64,000 bases of DNA from an uncultured Actinomycetota bacterium (lineage in GTDB: Bacteria > Actinomycetota > Acidimicrobiia > Acidimicrobiales > RAAP-2), in the NCBI GenBank assembly GCA_963715855.1, contig OY970279.1, positions 1,856,363 to 1,920,362 on the forward strand, in the 5' to 3' direction. The notes under the pieces were generated by a model that was not told the origin of the DNA, ran no database searches, and saw only the letters and a list, made by a program, of their open reading frames with translations. Below, piece after piece: positions 40,440 through 50,079 of the stretch (its first letter is position 1; each line of letters opens with the position of its first letter). The translations under genes were made by a program, and so were the position numbers.

Positions 40440-40895
40440 TCAGATTGCCGAGTTCGGTGAGGAAGCCGCCCGACACTCGACGCAGATGCCCGACAGCGCC
40501 ACGTGGTGTCGGTCCAGAACGAACCCGTACGAGGAGGCCAGGCTCCGGCTGAGCTTGTCGAAGTCGCGCGCGGGGATCTCGACGGTCGCGCCGCACCGCT
40601 CGCACACCAGATGACCGTGCACGGTGCCGGCCAGGTGGTAGACGGCCGCCGCGCGTCCGAGGTGCGCGTGCACGATGATCCCCAGGGCCTCGAACTCTTC
40701 GAGGATCCGGTAGATGGTCGAGGGACTGACGTCGGGGGAGCGGCTCTGCACCCGCTGAGTGATCTCGTCGGCGGTGAGGTCGGTGCCGGACTCAATGAGG
40801 ACCTCGGCGACGCGGCGTTTGGCCACTGTCACGCGCTTGCCAGCACCGCGAACCCGTGACAGGATCTCGTCGAAGTTGCTCTGTGCACTCGCCAC
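40440..40895 (-). CDS. Fur-family metalloregulator
   Basis: STIYRIL, HGHLVCERCG, GICVEC. Confidence 0.9.
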   Translation of the reverse strand: MASAQSNFDEILSRVRGAGKRVTVAKRRVAEVLIESGTDLTADEITQRVQSRSPDVSPSTIYRILEEFEALGIIVHAHLGRAAAVYHLAGTVHGHLVCERCGATVEIPARDFDKLSRSLASSYGFVLDRHHVALSGICVECRAASSPNSAI

Positions 40896-40958
40896 GAAGT
40901 GACATTAGGTCCGCGAGATAGCGACGCTCACGCCCGTCGCGGGCGGAGCCGAGGGGGA

Positions 40959-41931
40959 CTAGCCGTCGCCCAGTGCCCCGAGGCGCTCGATGAATGCGTT
41001 CCGCGTCGTGGACCATGGCGTGGACGATCTCGCCGGCGGGGATCAACGACGTGATGGCGCCCACCGCCTGACCGGCGGGGTAGCCCTCGCGTCGCACGTC
41101 CACGCCCAGCGTGGCCTCGTCACCGCCCAGGTGGAACGTCCCTTCGGCCAGCGCGACGGTCAACTGATCGGGGAAGGCTCGCAACTGCGAAGGGTCATTC
41201 TCGTATCGTTCGGTGGTCTCGTTGCGCAGCACCCGCATTGACTTACCGGTGTAAGCGCGTGAGATCACCGTGGCGTCTTCGGCGCTGGCGATGATGCCGT
41301 CTTTGAATCCCGAGACCGCGCGCGCCTCTGGGGTGGCGATAAATCGGGTGCCGATCCAGACTCCGTCGGCGCCTAGTGCGAGTGCCGCGGCGAGACCACG
41401 GCCGTCGAAGATCCCGCCCGCGGCCACCACCGGAATCTCGCCGTCCATCGCGTCGACAATGAGCGGGACCAGAGGCATCGTGGCCACCGCGCCGGTGTGT
41501 CCGCCGGCCTCGGTGCCCTGGGCGATGACCACGTCACACCCTGCGGCCCGTGCGCGTCGCGCGTGCTCGACCTTGCCGCACATGGACAGGACCAGCACGC
41601 CGTGGCGGTGACACAGCTCGATCACCGGGCTCGGCACTCCTAAACCCGCCACGAACGCGCTGGCACCGCCCTCGATCAGCAGTTCGACGTTGCGCTCCAG
41701 GTCAGCCGGGAAGGCTGTCAGCAGGTCAACGCCGAAGGGCTTCTGCGTCAGGTCCCTGACGGCCGCGATCTCGTCGACCATTTGGCTACTGGACATGGTG
41801 GACGCCCCGAGGCACCCGTAGCCGCCGGCCTCGGAGACGGCTGCGGTGAGCCGCGCGTAGGAGACCCCGCCCATCCCAGCCAACATCACGGGGTGCTCGA
41901 TAGCCAGCAGGTCGGTCAGGCGTGTCTTCAT
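40959..41931 (-). CDS. Nitronate monooxygenase/FabK-like flavoprotein, apparent +1 frameshift near the 3' end (as sequenced the ORF extends to 40792)
   Basis: PVMLAGMGG, QGTEAGGH, AAGGIFDG, GTRF; alternative frame ends FIERLGALGDG-TAG at 40959. Confidence 0.85.
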
Positions 41932-42060
41932 CGTGTCCTCCACGCACAACTTACCGAGCGTGCGCCGTCACCCCGAAGGACCGTCGCGTCGCGTCACCTT
42001 CGATTAACGTGACCCGCGGAGAGCCGGGAAGCCTGGTCGGCAACGTGTGCGAAGTGGAAG

Positions 42061-43065
42061 GTGGCCGCCGTGGCTCTCGCGTATCTGGCGTTCGTTGGTG
42101 GCGCCATCGTCACGCTCACCACGAGTTGGCTGCTAGTGACTCGCCTAGAACGAGTTGGCGAGCGCCTGGGGCTCTCCGAGGCCCTGCTGGGCGTTGTCGC
42201 CGCACTGGCGGCCGACGCGCCGGAGATCACGTCGGCCGTGTCGGCGCTGTCGTCACACCAGCGAACGATCGGTGCCGGGGTGGTCATCGGGTCCAACGCG
42301 TTCAACCTGGCCGCACTGCTAGGTCTGGGTGCGGTGGTCGCGGGGTTCATCTCGCTGCATCGACGCGTGGTGATCCTCGGTGGCGTCGTCGCGACGTGGA
42401 CTGCCCTGTGTTGCGTGATCGTCGTGACGCGCGTCGCGTCCGACGGCCTCGGCCTGGCACTCGCCGCCGTCGTGTTCCTCCCCTACGTGGTCGTGCTCGG
42501 CCTGCGGGGCGCCAGGTTGACCCAGCTTCCTTTGCCACGCCGATTTCGGACCTGGTTGGTGACGGCCGTGCACGAAGAGGGGTTGGAATGCAGTGAAGCG
42601 ATTCGACCGCCTCGCGGTGACGCCACTGACGTCTCGGTGGCGTGTGGGGCCCTAGTCGTTGTGGTGCTCTCCAGCGTGGCGATGGAACGAGGCGCCACGC
42701 ACTTGGGTCATCACTTCCACGTTGCCAACGCGATCATCGGTGGCATTGTTCTGGCCGCGGTCACGAGCCTGCCGAACGCCGTGGCGGCGGTGTACTTGGC
42801 CTCTCGCGGTCGTGGTGCCGCTGCGCTCAGCACGGCGTTGACGAGCAACAACCTGAATGTGGTCGCGGGCTTGCTCATTCCGGGTGCGTTCGTAGGTCTC
42901 GCGGCAACCTCGACCGTGGGGACGTTGACCGCTGTGTGCTACCTCGCGCTGACTCTCGTGGTGCTCGCCCTGGCGTACGGGGGACGCGGTTTGCGTCGAC
43001 TCGCCGGTACGACGATCATCGCGGGCTACGCGCTGTTCGTGGTCGCACTGATCGTTGTCTCGTAA
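42061..43065 (+). CDS. CaCA-family (sodium:calcium antiporter-like) membrane protein
   Basis: ADAPE and TSLPN alpha-repeats, GSNAFN, about 10 TM segments. Confidence 0.78.
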   Translation: MAAVALAYLAFVGGAIVTLTTSWLLVTRLERVGERLGLSEALLGVVAALAADAPEITSAVSALSSHQRTIGAGVVIGSNAFNLAALLGLGAVVAGFISLHRRVVILGGVVATWTALCCVIVVTRVASDGLGLALAAVVFLPYVVVLGLRGARLTQLPLPRRFRTWLVTAVHEEGLECSEAIRPPRGDATDVSVACGALVVVVLSSVAMERGATHLGHHFHVANAIIGGIVLAAVTSLPNAVAAVYLASRGRGAAALSTALTSNNLNVVAGLLIPGAFVGLAATSTVGTLTAVCYLALTLVVLALAYGGRGLRRLAGTTIIAGYALFVVALIVVS

Positions 43066-43240
43066 TTGGGCGCGGCGAACGGATGACCCTCGTCGCTCCG
43101 GACCTCGGTGTTGACCAGGTGTGACGGCGGGCTCTCGGTGACGCGCGCCGCGTGATCATCTCACGCCGAGTAACGGTGCAAGAGGTGACAACGGTGCCGG
43201 ATTAAAGTGGATTTTTCGCCGTCTACTCCGAGGACCTCCC

Positions 43241-44800
43241 GTGAGCAGTTCTGAACTCTCTCCCACGCCCCTGCCCAAGCGTGAGTTGTATTTCGTCTTC
43301 GGCGCGCTCATGCTGGGCATGTTGCTCGCGGCGTTGGACCAGACCATTGTCTCGACGGCGCTACCCACCATCGTCGGCGACCTGCACGGCGCCAATCACC
43401 TCAGTTGGGTCGTGGTCGCCTACCTTCTGGCCTCCACGGTCAGCACGCCGCTCTGGGGAAAGCTGGGCGACCTCTTCGGACGCAAGATCTTCTTTCAAAC
43501 GGCGATCGTGATCTTCCTCGCGGGCAGCATGTTGTGCGGCTTGGCGCACAGCATGATCATGCTGATCCTCTTCCGGGCCATCCAGGGTCTCGGTGGTGGC
43601 GGTCTCATCGTGGGCGCCCAATCCGTCATCGCCGACATCGTGCCGCCACGCGAGCGAGGTCGCTACGCCGGCTGGTTCGGAGGCGTGTTCGGCGCCGCAA
43701 CCGTGTTGGGTCCGTTGCTCGGCGGGGTGATCGTCGAGTACTGGTCATGGCGTTGGATCTTCTTCGTCAACGTGCCTTTCGGCATCTTGGCCCTCATCGT
43801 GACTGCTGCGGCCCTTCCGGCGGCCGGTCGACGCGTCTCGCACGTGATCGACTACGCGGGCATCCTCACACTCACCGCCGGCGCGTCCGGGCTCATCTTG
43901 TATCTGTCCCTGGGTGGCACCTCGATCGCGTGGAGCTCGCCGCTTCTCATTTCGTTCTTGGTGGCCGGAGTCGTGTTCACCGCCGTCTTCGTGTTCGTCG
44001 AACGCGCGTCCCCCGAACCCATCCTGGCGCCGCGGCTCTTTCGCAATCGCGCCTTCGTGTCGGGATCGGCGATTGGCTTCATTGTGGGATTCGCCATGTT
44101 CGGCGCGATGACCTTCCTGCCCCTCTTCTTCCAGGAGGTTCGCGGCGTGTCACCGACGAGCTCGGGTCTGCGATTACTGCCCCTCATGGTCGGGCTCTTC
44201 GGCGCGTCGATCGTGGCGGGTCAACTCGTGGCCAAGGGCTGGCGCTACCGTCCCTTCCCGATCGCCGGCACCGCCATCATGACGATCGGCTTGGCGCTGA
44301 TGGGACTGGTCGGCGTAACGACCTCGAGTTACGTGATCAGTCTCTATATGTTCGTCCTCGGCGTCGGACTGGGTCTCGTGATGCAGATCCTGGTGACGGC
44401 GGTGCAGAACGCGGTCGACCAAGCCGACCTCGGCGCGGCGACCGCGGGGGCGAACTTCTTCCGGTCCATCGGTGGGTCATTCGGGACAGCGGTCTTTGGG
44501 GCCCTCTACGCCAACGAGTATCCGCGTCAGCTACTCACCGGATTCGGTGGCCACCTGCCGCCCGGGTTCAATCCGGCGCACCTCACGCCCAAGGCGTTGC
44601 ACGCGTTACCACCCGCACAGCTGTCGATCGTGCTGCACTCGATCACCAACACCCTGCAACACATCTACAAGGTGGCGACGCCCATCGGCGTCCTGGCGGT
44701 GTTGGCGTCGCTGACTCTGCCCGAGATCAAGCTTCGGACGAGCCTGCATCCCGTTGCCGAAGAAGTTCCGATGTCCAACGCTGACCCGCTCTCCGGATAA
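43241..44800 (+). CDS. DHA2 (EmrB/QacA) MFS efflux transporter
   Basis: LDQTIVSTALPTI, GKLGDLFGRK, FFRSIGG. Confidence 0.93.
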   Translation: MSSSELSPTPLPKRELYFVFGALMLGMLLAALDQTIVSTALPTIVGDLHGANHLSWVVVAYLLASTVSTPLWGKLGDLFGRKIFFQTAIVIFLAGSMLCGLAHSMIMLILFRAIQGLGGGGLIVGAQSVIADIVPPRERGRYAGWFGGVFGAATVLGPLLGGVIVEYWSWRWIFFVNVPFGILALIVTAAALPAAGRRVSHVIDYAGILTLTAGASGLILYLSLGGTSIAWSSPLLISFLVAGVVFTAVFVFVERASPEPILAPRLFRNRAFVSGSAIGFIVGFAMFGAMTFLPLFFQEVRGVSPTSSGLRLLPLMVGLFGASIVAGQLVAKGWRYRPFPIAGTAIMTIGLALMGLVGVTTSSYVISLYMFVLGVGLGLVMQILVTAVQNAVDQADLGAATAGANFFRSIGGSFGTAVFGALYANEYPRQLLTGFGGHLPPGFNPAHLTPKALHALPPAQLSIVLHSITNTLQHIYKVATPIGVLAVLASLTLPEIKLRTSLHPVAEEVPMSNADPLSG

Positions 44801-45239
44801 CGGCCAGGCACTCATCAAAGTCCTCGTCGGTGCCGTAGTAGGGATCGGCGAGGTCGAGGTCGGTCTCATCAATCAAGTCGCGCAGCAGGATGACCTGGAG
44901 TTCGTCGCGTCTTCGGCGGGCCAGGACATCGTCGCGGTGCTCGCGAGTCATCACCACCACGACGTCGTGAGCGTCGAGATACGCCGCGTCCGCGTAGGCG
45001 GCGGGCGAGCCCGCGTCGCGCAGTCCCGCCCGGTCGAGGGCCCGACGTGCCCGCGGGTCCATGGGGGCTCCCACGTGCCACCGGGCGGTGCCGGCGCTCG
45101 AGACGATCACCGTGCCGCGAAGCCGTTCGTCGCGTTCGACCAGGTCGCGCAGGACGACCTCGGCCATGGGCGACCGGCAGATGTTGCCGGTGCAGACCGT
45201 CGCGACCCGAATCACGACGGGGAGTTCGTTGGTGACCAT
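44727..45239 (-). CDS. Low-molecular-weight protein tyrosine phosphatase
   Basis: VCTGNICRSPMAE, DPYYG. Confidence 0.93.
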   Translation of the reverse strand: MVTNELPVVIRVATVCTGNICRSPMAEVVLRDLVERDERLRGTVIVSSAGTARWHVGAPMDPRARRALDRAGLRDAGSPAAYADAAYLDAHDVVVVMTREHRDDVLARRRRDELQVILLRDLIDETDLDLADPYYGTDEDFDECLAVIRRAGQRWTSELLRQRDAGSSEA

Positions 45240-45332
45240 TCCGTGAATCCTTACTGTTGTCGGGCGCCGCTGACGTGCGTCCGCCAAGGCCGAGACGGTA
45301 CGATAACGCCATAAGGGAAGGGAGGAGACGCG

Positions 45333-45719
45333 ATGCCGCTTTCGGAACACGAACAGCGGATTCTGGCCGAGCTGGAAGATTCGCTCTCTAAGCAGGACCC
45401 GCGCTTCGCCAAGAGTGTTCGCGAGACCAACGTCTACTCGCACGGCGGTCGCCGGGTGCGGTGGGGAATCTTTGGCTTCCTCGTCGGTCTGGCGATCCTC
45501 GTCCTGACCTTCTCACACAACGTGGCCCTAGGCCTCGTGGGTGTGGCCCTTATGTTCGTGTCCGCCGTCGTCATCGAGCGCAACGCCCGTCTCTTGGGTC
45601 GTGCCTCGTGGCAGGATCTCACCCGGTCCGCACACGGTGACGACACACCGGCGAACGTCGGTCCTCGGACCCGTTCGCTTCGCGACTGGTTGTCGCGTCA
45701 GCGCCGCAAAAGCGGATGA
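45333..45719 (+). CDS. DUF3040-domain membrane protein
   Basis: MPLSEHEQRILAELEDSLSKQDPRFA plus two TM segments; typical upstream of actinobacterial mraZ. Confidence 0.85.
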   Translation: MPLSEHEQRILAELEDSLSKQDPRFAKSVRETNVYSHGGRRVRWGIFGFLVGLAILVLTFSHNVALGLVGVALMFVSAVVIERNARLLGRASWQDLTRSAHGDDTPANVGPRTRSLRDWLSRQRRKSG

Positions 45720-46591
45720 CGCCCGCCGGGACGGCGCCTAGCGCCGCCCCGTGCCTGGCCCTAGATATCGGCGCGTCCAAGGTCGCGGCGGGTCTCGTTG
45801 ATGGCGACGGGGTCATACTCGCGCGCGATCGCCTGGCGATCGGTGACGCGACCGATCTTCTGGAGCGCATCGGTGATCTGATCGACGCCGTCGCGGGCGA
45901 CGCCAAGCCCTCGGTGTTGGGCGTGGCGTGCGCCGGACCGATGAAGGATCACGGTGCATTGGTGTCGCCCCTCAACATTCCGTCGTGGCGCGACATGGCG
46001 TTGCGCGACGAACTGAGTCAGCGCCTGTCGGTCGAGGTTCACGTCGACGGCGACGCGCGAGCTCTGGCGCTCGCCGAGGGACGATTCGGTGCCGCTCGTG
46101 GTGACGCGTCGTATCTGTCGATGGTCGTTTCGAGCGGCGTGGGCGGCGGCGTCGTCGTCGACGGACGCCTCATTGACGGCGCGAGCGGCAATGCGGGACA
46201 CGTCGGTCACCTGACGGTGGTCCCGGATGGTCGCGACTGCGCGTGCGGGAGTCGCGGATGTCTTGAAGCCGAGGCCTCGGGGTTCGCGATACGCGCGATG
46301 ACGGGACGACCTGCCGAAGAGGCGGACGCGGAGACGCGCACGCGGACCGCTCGACTCGTAGGTCGCGCGGTGGGCACGCTGTCGGCGGTGCTGGACTTCA
46401 CCCGGTGTTACATCGGCGGATCGGTGGCCCTGGGCTTCGGCCGCGGATTCTTCGACCAGGCCAACGAGGCCGCCCACGAGGTCGCGCGAATCTCCTACGT
46501 GCGCGACTTGACGATTCGTCCCACGAGCCTCGGTCCCGACGGTGGCCTGTTAGGTGCGGCCATGGTGGGTTGGCGAGGGGCGGTGGCGTGA
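45716..46591 (+). CDS. ROK-family sugar kinase
   Basis: LDIGASK, DGDARALALAE, SGVGGG, GHVGH, CACGSRGCLE. Confidence 0.9.
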   Translation: MTPAGTAPSAAPCLALDIGASKVAAGLVDGDGVILARDRLAIGDATDLLERIGDLIDAVAGDAKPSVLGVACAGPMKDHGALVSPLNIPSWRDMALRDELSQRLSVEVHVDGDARALALAEGRFGAARGDASYLSMVVSSGVGGGVVVDGRLIDGASGNAGHVGHLTVVPDGRDCACGSRGCLEAEASGFAIRAMTGRPAEEADAETRTRTARLVGRAVGTLSAVLDFTRCYIGGSVALGFGRGFFDQANEAAHEVARISYVRDLTIRPTSLGPDGGLLGAAMVGWRGAVA

Positions 46592-46839
46592 GCGTCGTGC
46601 GCACTCGCGGCCTCGCGCGCTACGTCGCGGTGCGCCCGTCGCGCGTCGTCGTGCTGGCGCGCGCCGGATGGCGACTGCGCGCCAAAAACTGGTGGCTCCG
46701 TGCACCGTTTCTGCCCCTGCCCGACCCGCGCTACTGGGAGTTTCGCCGGGCGACCGCCTTCGGAGCGACGGGCTCGCCGACGCCGCGCGACCTCGTCGAC
46801 GCCGCCGACTGGTCGCTTCGTCAACCGGGGGGACGGTAG
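46588..46839 (+). CDS. Small hypothetical protein
   Basis: GTG overlaps the ROK stop; PFLPLPDPRYWEFR. Confidence 0.65.
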   Translation: MSVVRTRGLARYVAVRPSRVVVLARAGWRLRAKNWWLRAPFLPLPDPRYWEFRRATAFGATGSPTPRDLVDAADWSLRQPGGR

Positions 46840-46845
46840 GTCCCG

Positions 46846-47352
46846 ATGAGTCGCGTGCTCCTGCTCAACGCCACCTTCGAGCCATTGCAGCTGGTGAGCG
46901 AACGACGCGCCGTGGTGCTGATGTTGGCCGGCCGGGCCGAGCCCATCGCGACGCCGGAAGAACCCGCGGTGTGTCGCAGCGCCACCTTGGTCATCGAGAT
47001 ACCAGCAATCGTCCGGCTCCACGAAATGGTGAAGCTGCCCGCGCGGGTCCGCACGCCGCCGTTGACGCGCCGGTCCCTGCTACTGCGCGACAGCTATCGC
47101 TGCGCCTACTGCCTGGAGCACGCCGACACGATTGATCACGTGGTTCCGCGCAGCCGGGGCGGACTGCACGACTGGACCAACGTCGTGGCCGCGTGCAAGC
47201 ACCACAACATGCAAAAGGGCGACCGTTTGATCGAGGAGCTCGGCTGGCGCCTGCACTTCGAGCCGCGGGTGCCCGACGGGCCCTGGTGGCGGTGGCGTCA
47301 CGTCCCGGACCCCCACCCGCTGTGGGCGCCGTTCCTGCCGCGCGCCTCGTGA
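46846..47352 (+). CDS. HNH endonuclease (actinobacterial McrA-like type)
   Basis: VLLLNATFEPL, RDSYRCAYC, TIDHVVPRSRGG, WTNVVAACKHHN. Confidence 0.9.
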   Translation: MSRVLLLNATFEPLQLVSERRAVVLMLAGRAEPIATPEEPAVCRSATLVIEIPAIVRLHEMVKLPARVRTPPLTRRSLLLRDSYRCAYCLEHADTIDHVVPRSRGGLHDWTNVVAACKHHNMQKGDRLIEELGWRLHFEPRVPDGPWWRWRHVPDPHPLWAPFLPRAS

Positions 47353-48008
47353 CGGGCGACGTCGCCGATCTCTTCGACTATCGCCGCCTTCGCGAGAGCG
47401 TGATGGCGACAATGACCGTGGTCGACGTGGCGGAACCCATCGTGGTCCTGGGTAGTGCTCAATCTCTGGAGACCCTGCGCCACGACTCGAGTGTCGGGCC
47501 CGTTCGTCGACGCCGCGGCGGGGGAGGGGTGGTGCTGGCCCAACCGGACGACCTGTGGGTGGACTGGTGGATTCCTGCGCGAGACCCCCGCTGGAGCGAC
47601 GACGTGCGCGCCAGCGCCGTGGCGGCGGGCCGCTGGTGGCGCGACGCGCTGAAAGGTCTCGTCACGGGCGACGTTGAGGTGCACGAGGGTCCAATGAGTG
47701 GCGCGGCCCAGCACCGCGTGGTCTGTTTCGCGGGCCGCGGACCGGGCGAGGTCTTCGTGGACGGGCGCAAAGCAGTTGGACTCACTCAGTGGCGGGTTCG
47801 CGAGGGTGTCTTGCTCTCGAGCGTGTTGCCGGCCCGGTCCTCTGACGCGTTGTTGGGAATGCTCATGAACGTCCCGGAGGGACTGGGCGACGCGCTCGAC
47901 CATCACACTCGGTCGTCCCTCGGCCTCGATGACGCGACGTCGGTCGTCGATCTGCTGGCGCGAGCTTCCGGTTCGCCCGCTGTGTCGCGCCAGCACCTTC
48001 TTTCCTAG
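47349..48008 (+). CDS. Lipoate-protein ligase/BPL-LplA family protein
   Basis: VVLGSAQ, RRRGGGGVV, VCFAGRGPGEV, GRKAVG. Confidence 0.72.
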   Translation: MTGDVADLFDYRRLRESVMATMTVVDVAEPIVVLGSAQSLETLRHDSSVGPVRRRRGGGGVVLAQPDDLWVDWWIPARDPRWSDDVRASAVAAGRWWRDALKGLVTGDVEVHEGPMSGAAQHRVVCFAGRGPGEVFVDGRKAVGLTQWRVREGVLLSSVLPARSSDALLGMLMNVPEGLGDALDHHTRSSLGLDDATSVVDLLARASGSPAVSRQHLLS

Positions 48009-48094
48009 CCCCGACACCCGCTCGGACGCGCCGTTTCATCGCCGCACAACACCACCCCATAAATGAGGTCAGCGGGGTCGAAAATTGGCCCTGG

Positions 48095-48139
48095 GTGGGA
48101 GGTAGTGGTGTATGGTGGTGCGAAGTGGGGGAGAGTGGT
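48095..48139 (+). promoter_or_regulatory. MraZ-binding direct-repeat array (five GTGG boxes, 10-bp period)
   Basis: GTGG at 48095, 48105, 48115, 48125 and 48135 upstream of mraZ. Confidence 0.85.
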
Positions 48140-48170
48140 GACCTCGCGGATGGGTGCGGAGGGTTAGGCG

Positions 48171-48593
48171 ATGCTCGGGTTCGTCGGTCAGTTCCAACAC
48201 ACGTTGGACGCCAAGGGTCGACTCATCCTGCCCGCACGCTTCCGGCCCGAGTTCGAGCGCGGGGGTCACCTGAGCCCGAACACCGAGGGCTGTGTGGCGC
48301 TGTGGACGCCCGGCGAGTTCGCCCGGCAGACTGAAGAGCGTCTGAGCCAAAGCCGTAGCGGCGGTCAGCTCGATCGCCAGCAGGCCCGGTACTGGGCGGC
48401 CAACTCCTCAGACGTGGAGTTCGACAAGCAGGGGCGGTTCGCCCTGCCCGCGGCGATCCGCGAGTACGGCCGCTTGAGTGGAGACGTGCTCGTGGTGGGC
48501 GCGCTGGACCACCTGGAGCTGTGGGACCCGGGCGTGTACGCCCAGCAGGTCAACCCCGCCGAAGAGATCTTCAAAAAGGGCAGCACCGAGTGA
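48171..48593 (+). CDS. mraZ: Division/cell-wall cluster transcriptional repressor MraZ
   Basis: LDAKGRLILPA, FDKQGRF, LELW. Confidence 0.95.
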   Translation: MLGFVGQFQHTLDAKGRLILPARFRPEFERGGHLSPNTEGCVALWTPGEFARQTEERLSQSRSGGQLDRQQARYWAANSSDVEFDKQGRFALPAAIREYGRLSGDVLVVGALDHLELWDPGVYAQQVNPAEEIFKKGSTE

Positions 48594-48620
48594 AAGGAAC
48601 GCTTCAGCAGTATCGGCCGC

Positions 48621-48713
48621 GGACCATGCGCAGCCTGCCAATCGTCAAGACGGGACGGGAAACCTCCTCCGCCCTCTCGCCCGTCTTGACGATTGGGGGG
48701 CTGCAGATGGCCC
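48621..48713 (+). repeat. Long inverted repeat (17-bp perfect core, 34 bp overall) covering the rsmH start
   Basis: CCAATCGTCAAGACGGG (48638-48654) pairs with CCCGTCTTGACGATTGG (48680-48696); outer pairing extends over ATG 48707. Confidence 0.9.
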
Positions 48714-49648
48714 AGGACACCTACCACGTACCGGTCTTCGAGACGGAGATCGTCGACCTGCTGGCCGGCCAACCGGTCGGCGTGCTCGTCGACGCCACGG
48801 TGGGCGGCGGCGGTCACGCGGACCTCATCTTGCGGGCTGCGCCGCAACTGCGGGTCCTCGGGATCGACCGCGACCCCGACGCGCGCGCCGCAGCGACGGC
48901 GCGGCTGGCGCCGCACGGCGACCGGTTCCGCGTCGTCGACGCCGCGTTCGCCGACTTGGCGAGCGTGCTCGAGCGGTTCGCTGACTTCGTGGGCGACTCG
49001 CCCCTGGTCGGGGTGCTCATGGACTTGGGTGTCTCGTCGCACCAGCTCGACGACGCGACGCGGGGATTCTCCTTTCGCGCCGACGCGCCCCTCGACATGC
49101 GCATGGACCCGACGCGCGGTGAGACGGCCGCCCAGTACCTGGCGCGCGTCGACCAGCACGAGTTCGTGCGGGTTCTACGCCTCAACGGTGAGCAACGCTT
49201 CGCCGGGGCGATTGCGCGCGCGGTTCTCGACGCGCAGCCTCAGACGACCGGTGAGCTGGCCGCCGCGGTCGAGCGCGCGGTGCCCGCCGCCGCACGGCGC
49301 CGAGGCCACGTGGCCACGCGCGTCTTCCAGGCCCTGCGCGTCGAGGTGAACGCCGAGGACGAACAGTTGGCCCGCGGACTCGAGGCCGCCTTGGACGCGT
49401 TGTCTGTCGGCGGGTTATTGGTTGTTGTCAGCTACCACTCGGGGGAGGACCGCGCGGTCAAGGCGTTCTTTCACGAAGCGGCCACCGGAGGCTGTCGGTG
49501 CCCGGTGGAACTGGGTTGCGTCTGCGGAGCGGTGCCGCGCGCCAGCGTGGCGCGCGCGAGTGCGACCCTGGCGACCGCCCTGGAGATCGCGCGTAACCCG
49601 AGGTCTCGATCGGCCCGACTGCGCGTGGCGAAGAAGGTTTCGCCGTGA
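48707..49648 (+). CDS. rsmH: 16S rRNA m4C1402 methyltransferase
   Basis: YHVPV, DATVGGGGH, MDLGVSS, PLDMRMD, VSYHSGEDR, NPRSRSA. Confidence 0.95.
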   Translation: MAQDTYHVPVFETEIVDLLAGQPVGVLVDATVGGGGHADLILRAAPQLRVLGIDRDPDARAAATARLAPHGDRFRVVDAAFADLASVLERFADFVGDSPLVGVLMDLGVSSHQLDDATRGFSFRADAPLDMRMDPTRGETAAQYLARVDQHEFVRVLRLNGEQRFAGAIARAVLDAQPQTTGELAAAVERAVPAAARRRGHVATRVFQALRVEVNAEDEQLARGLEAALDALSVGGLLVVVSYHSGEDRAVKAFFHEAATGGCRCPVELGCVCGAVPRASVARASATLATALEIARNPRSRSARLRVAKKVSP

Positions 49649-50079
49649 GCGTGGTCACGCTCCCGCGGCGCATCGAGGCGCAACCGCGGCGAGTCGCCGC
49701 GCCCAAGCACGCGACGCGCGTCGCGAGTCGAGAGGCCGCGCACACTCGAGTGGCACGCGTCTCGATGACGCGTCGATCGATCGTGATCGTCGTGGTGGCC
49801 CTCGCGCTGTCTCTGAGTGGCAGCATGCTCGCGGCCAACCGACAGGTACAGATCCACCAACTCCAGAGCCAGCTCCTGCAGCTGCAGTCCAACTACGCCC
49901 AACAGGTGGGCTCCCTCACCAATCTGGCCGCTCCGGGCCAGATCGCCGAACAGGCGGGGGTCCTGCACCTGGTCGACCCCGTCTCGGTGACGCAAGTCCC
50001 GTCCACGTCACTTGATGCGCCCTTGCCGCTTCCGAAGTTCCTAGGTTCCGCGCCGGTCACATCAAGGACGCGGCGGTGA
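49645..50079 (+). CDS. ftsL: Cell division protein FtsL-like
   Basis: Position between rsmH and ftsI; one TM segment followed by a coiled coil. Confidence 0.65.
   Translation: MSVVTLPRRIEAQPRRVAAPKHATRVASREAAHTRVARVSMTRRSIVIVVVALALSLSGSMLAANRQVQIHQLQSQLLQLQSNYAQQVGSLTNLAAPGQIAEQAGVLHLVDPVSVTQVPSTSLDAPLPLPKFLGSAPVTSRTRR

Noticed and set aside
46846-47352. HNH nuclease as a defence or mobile element
   Set aside because: Looks like the widespread stand-alone actinobacterial HNH embedded among housekeeping genes; no methylase, repeats or mobility genes nearby.
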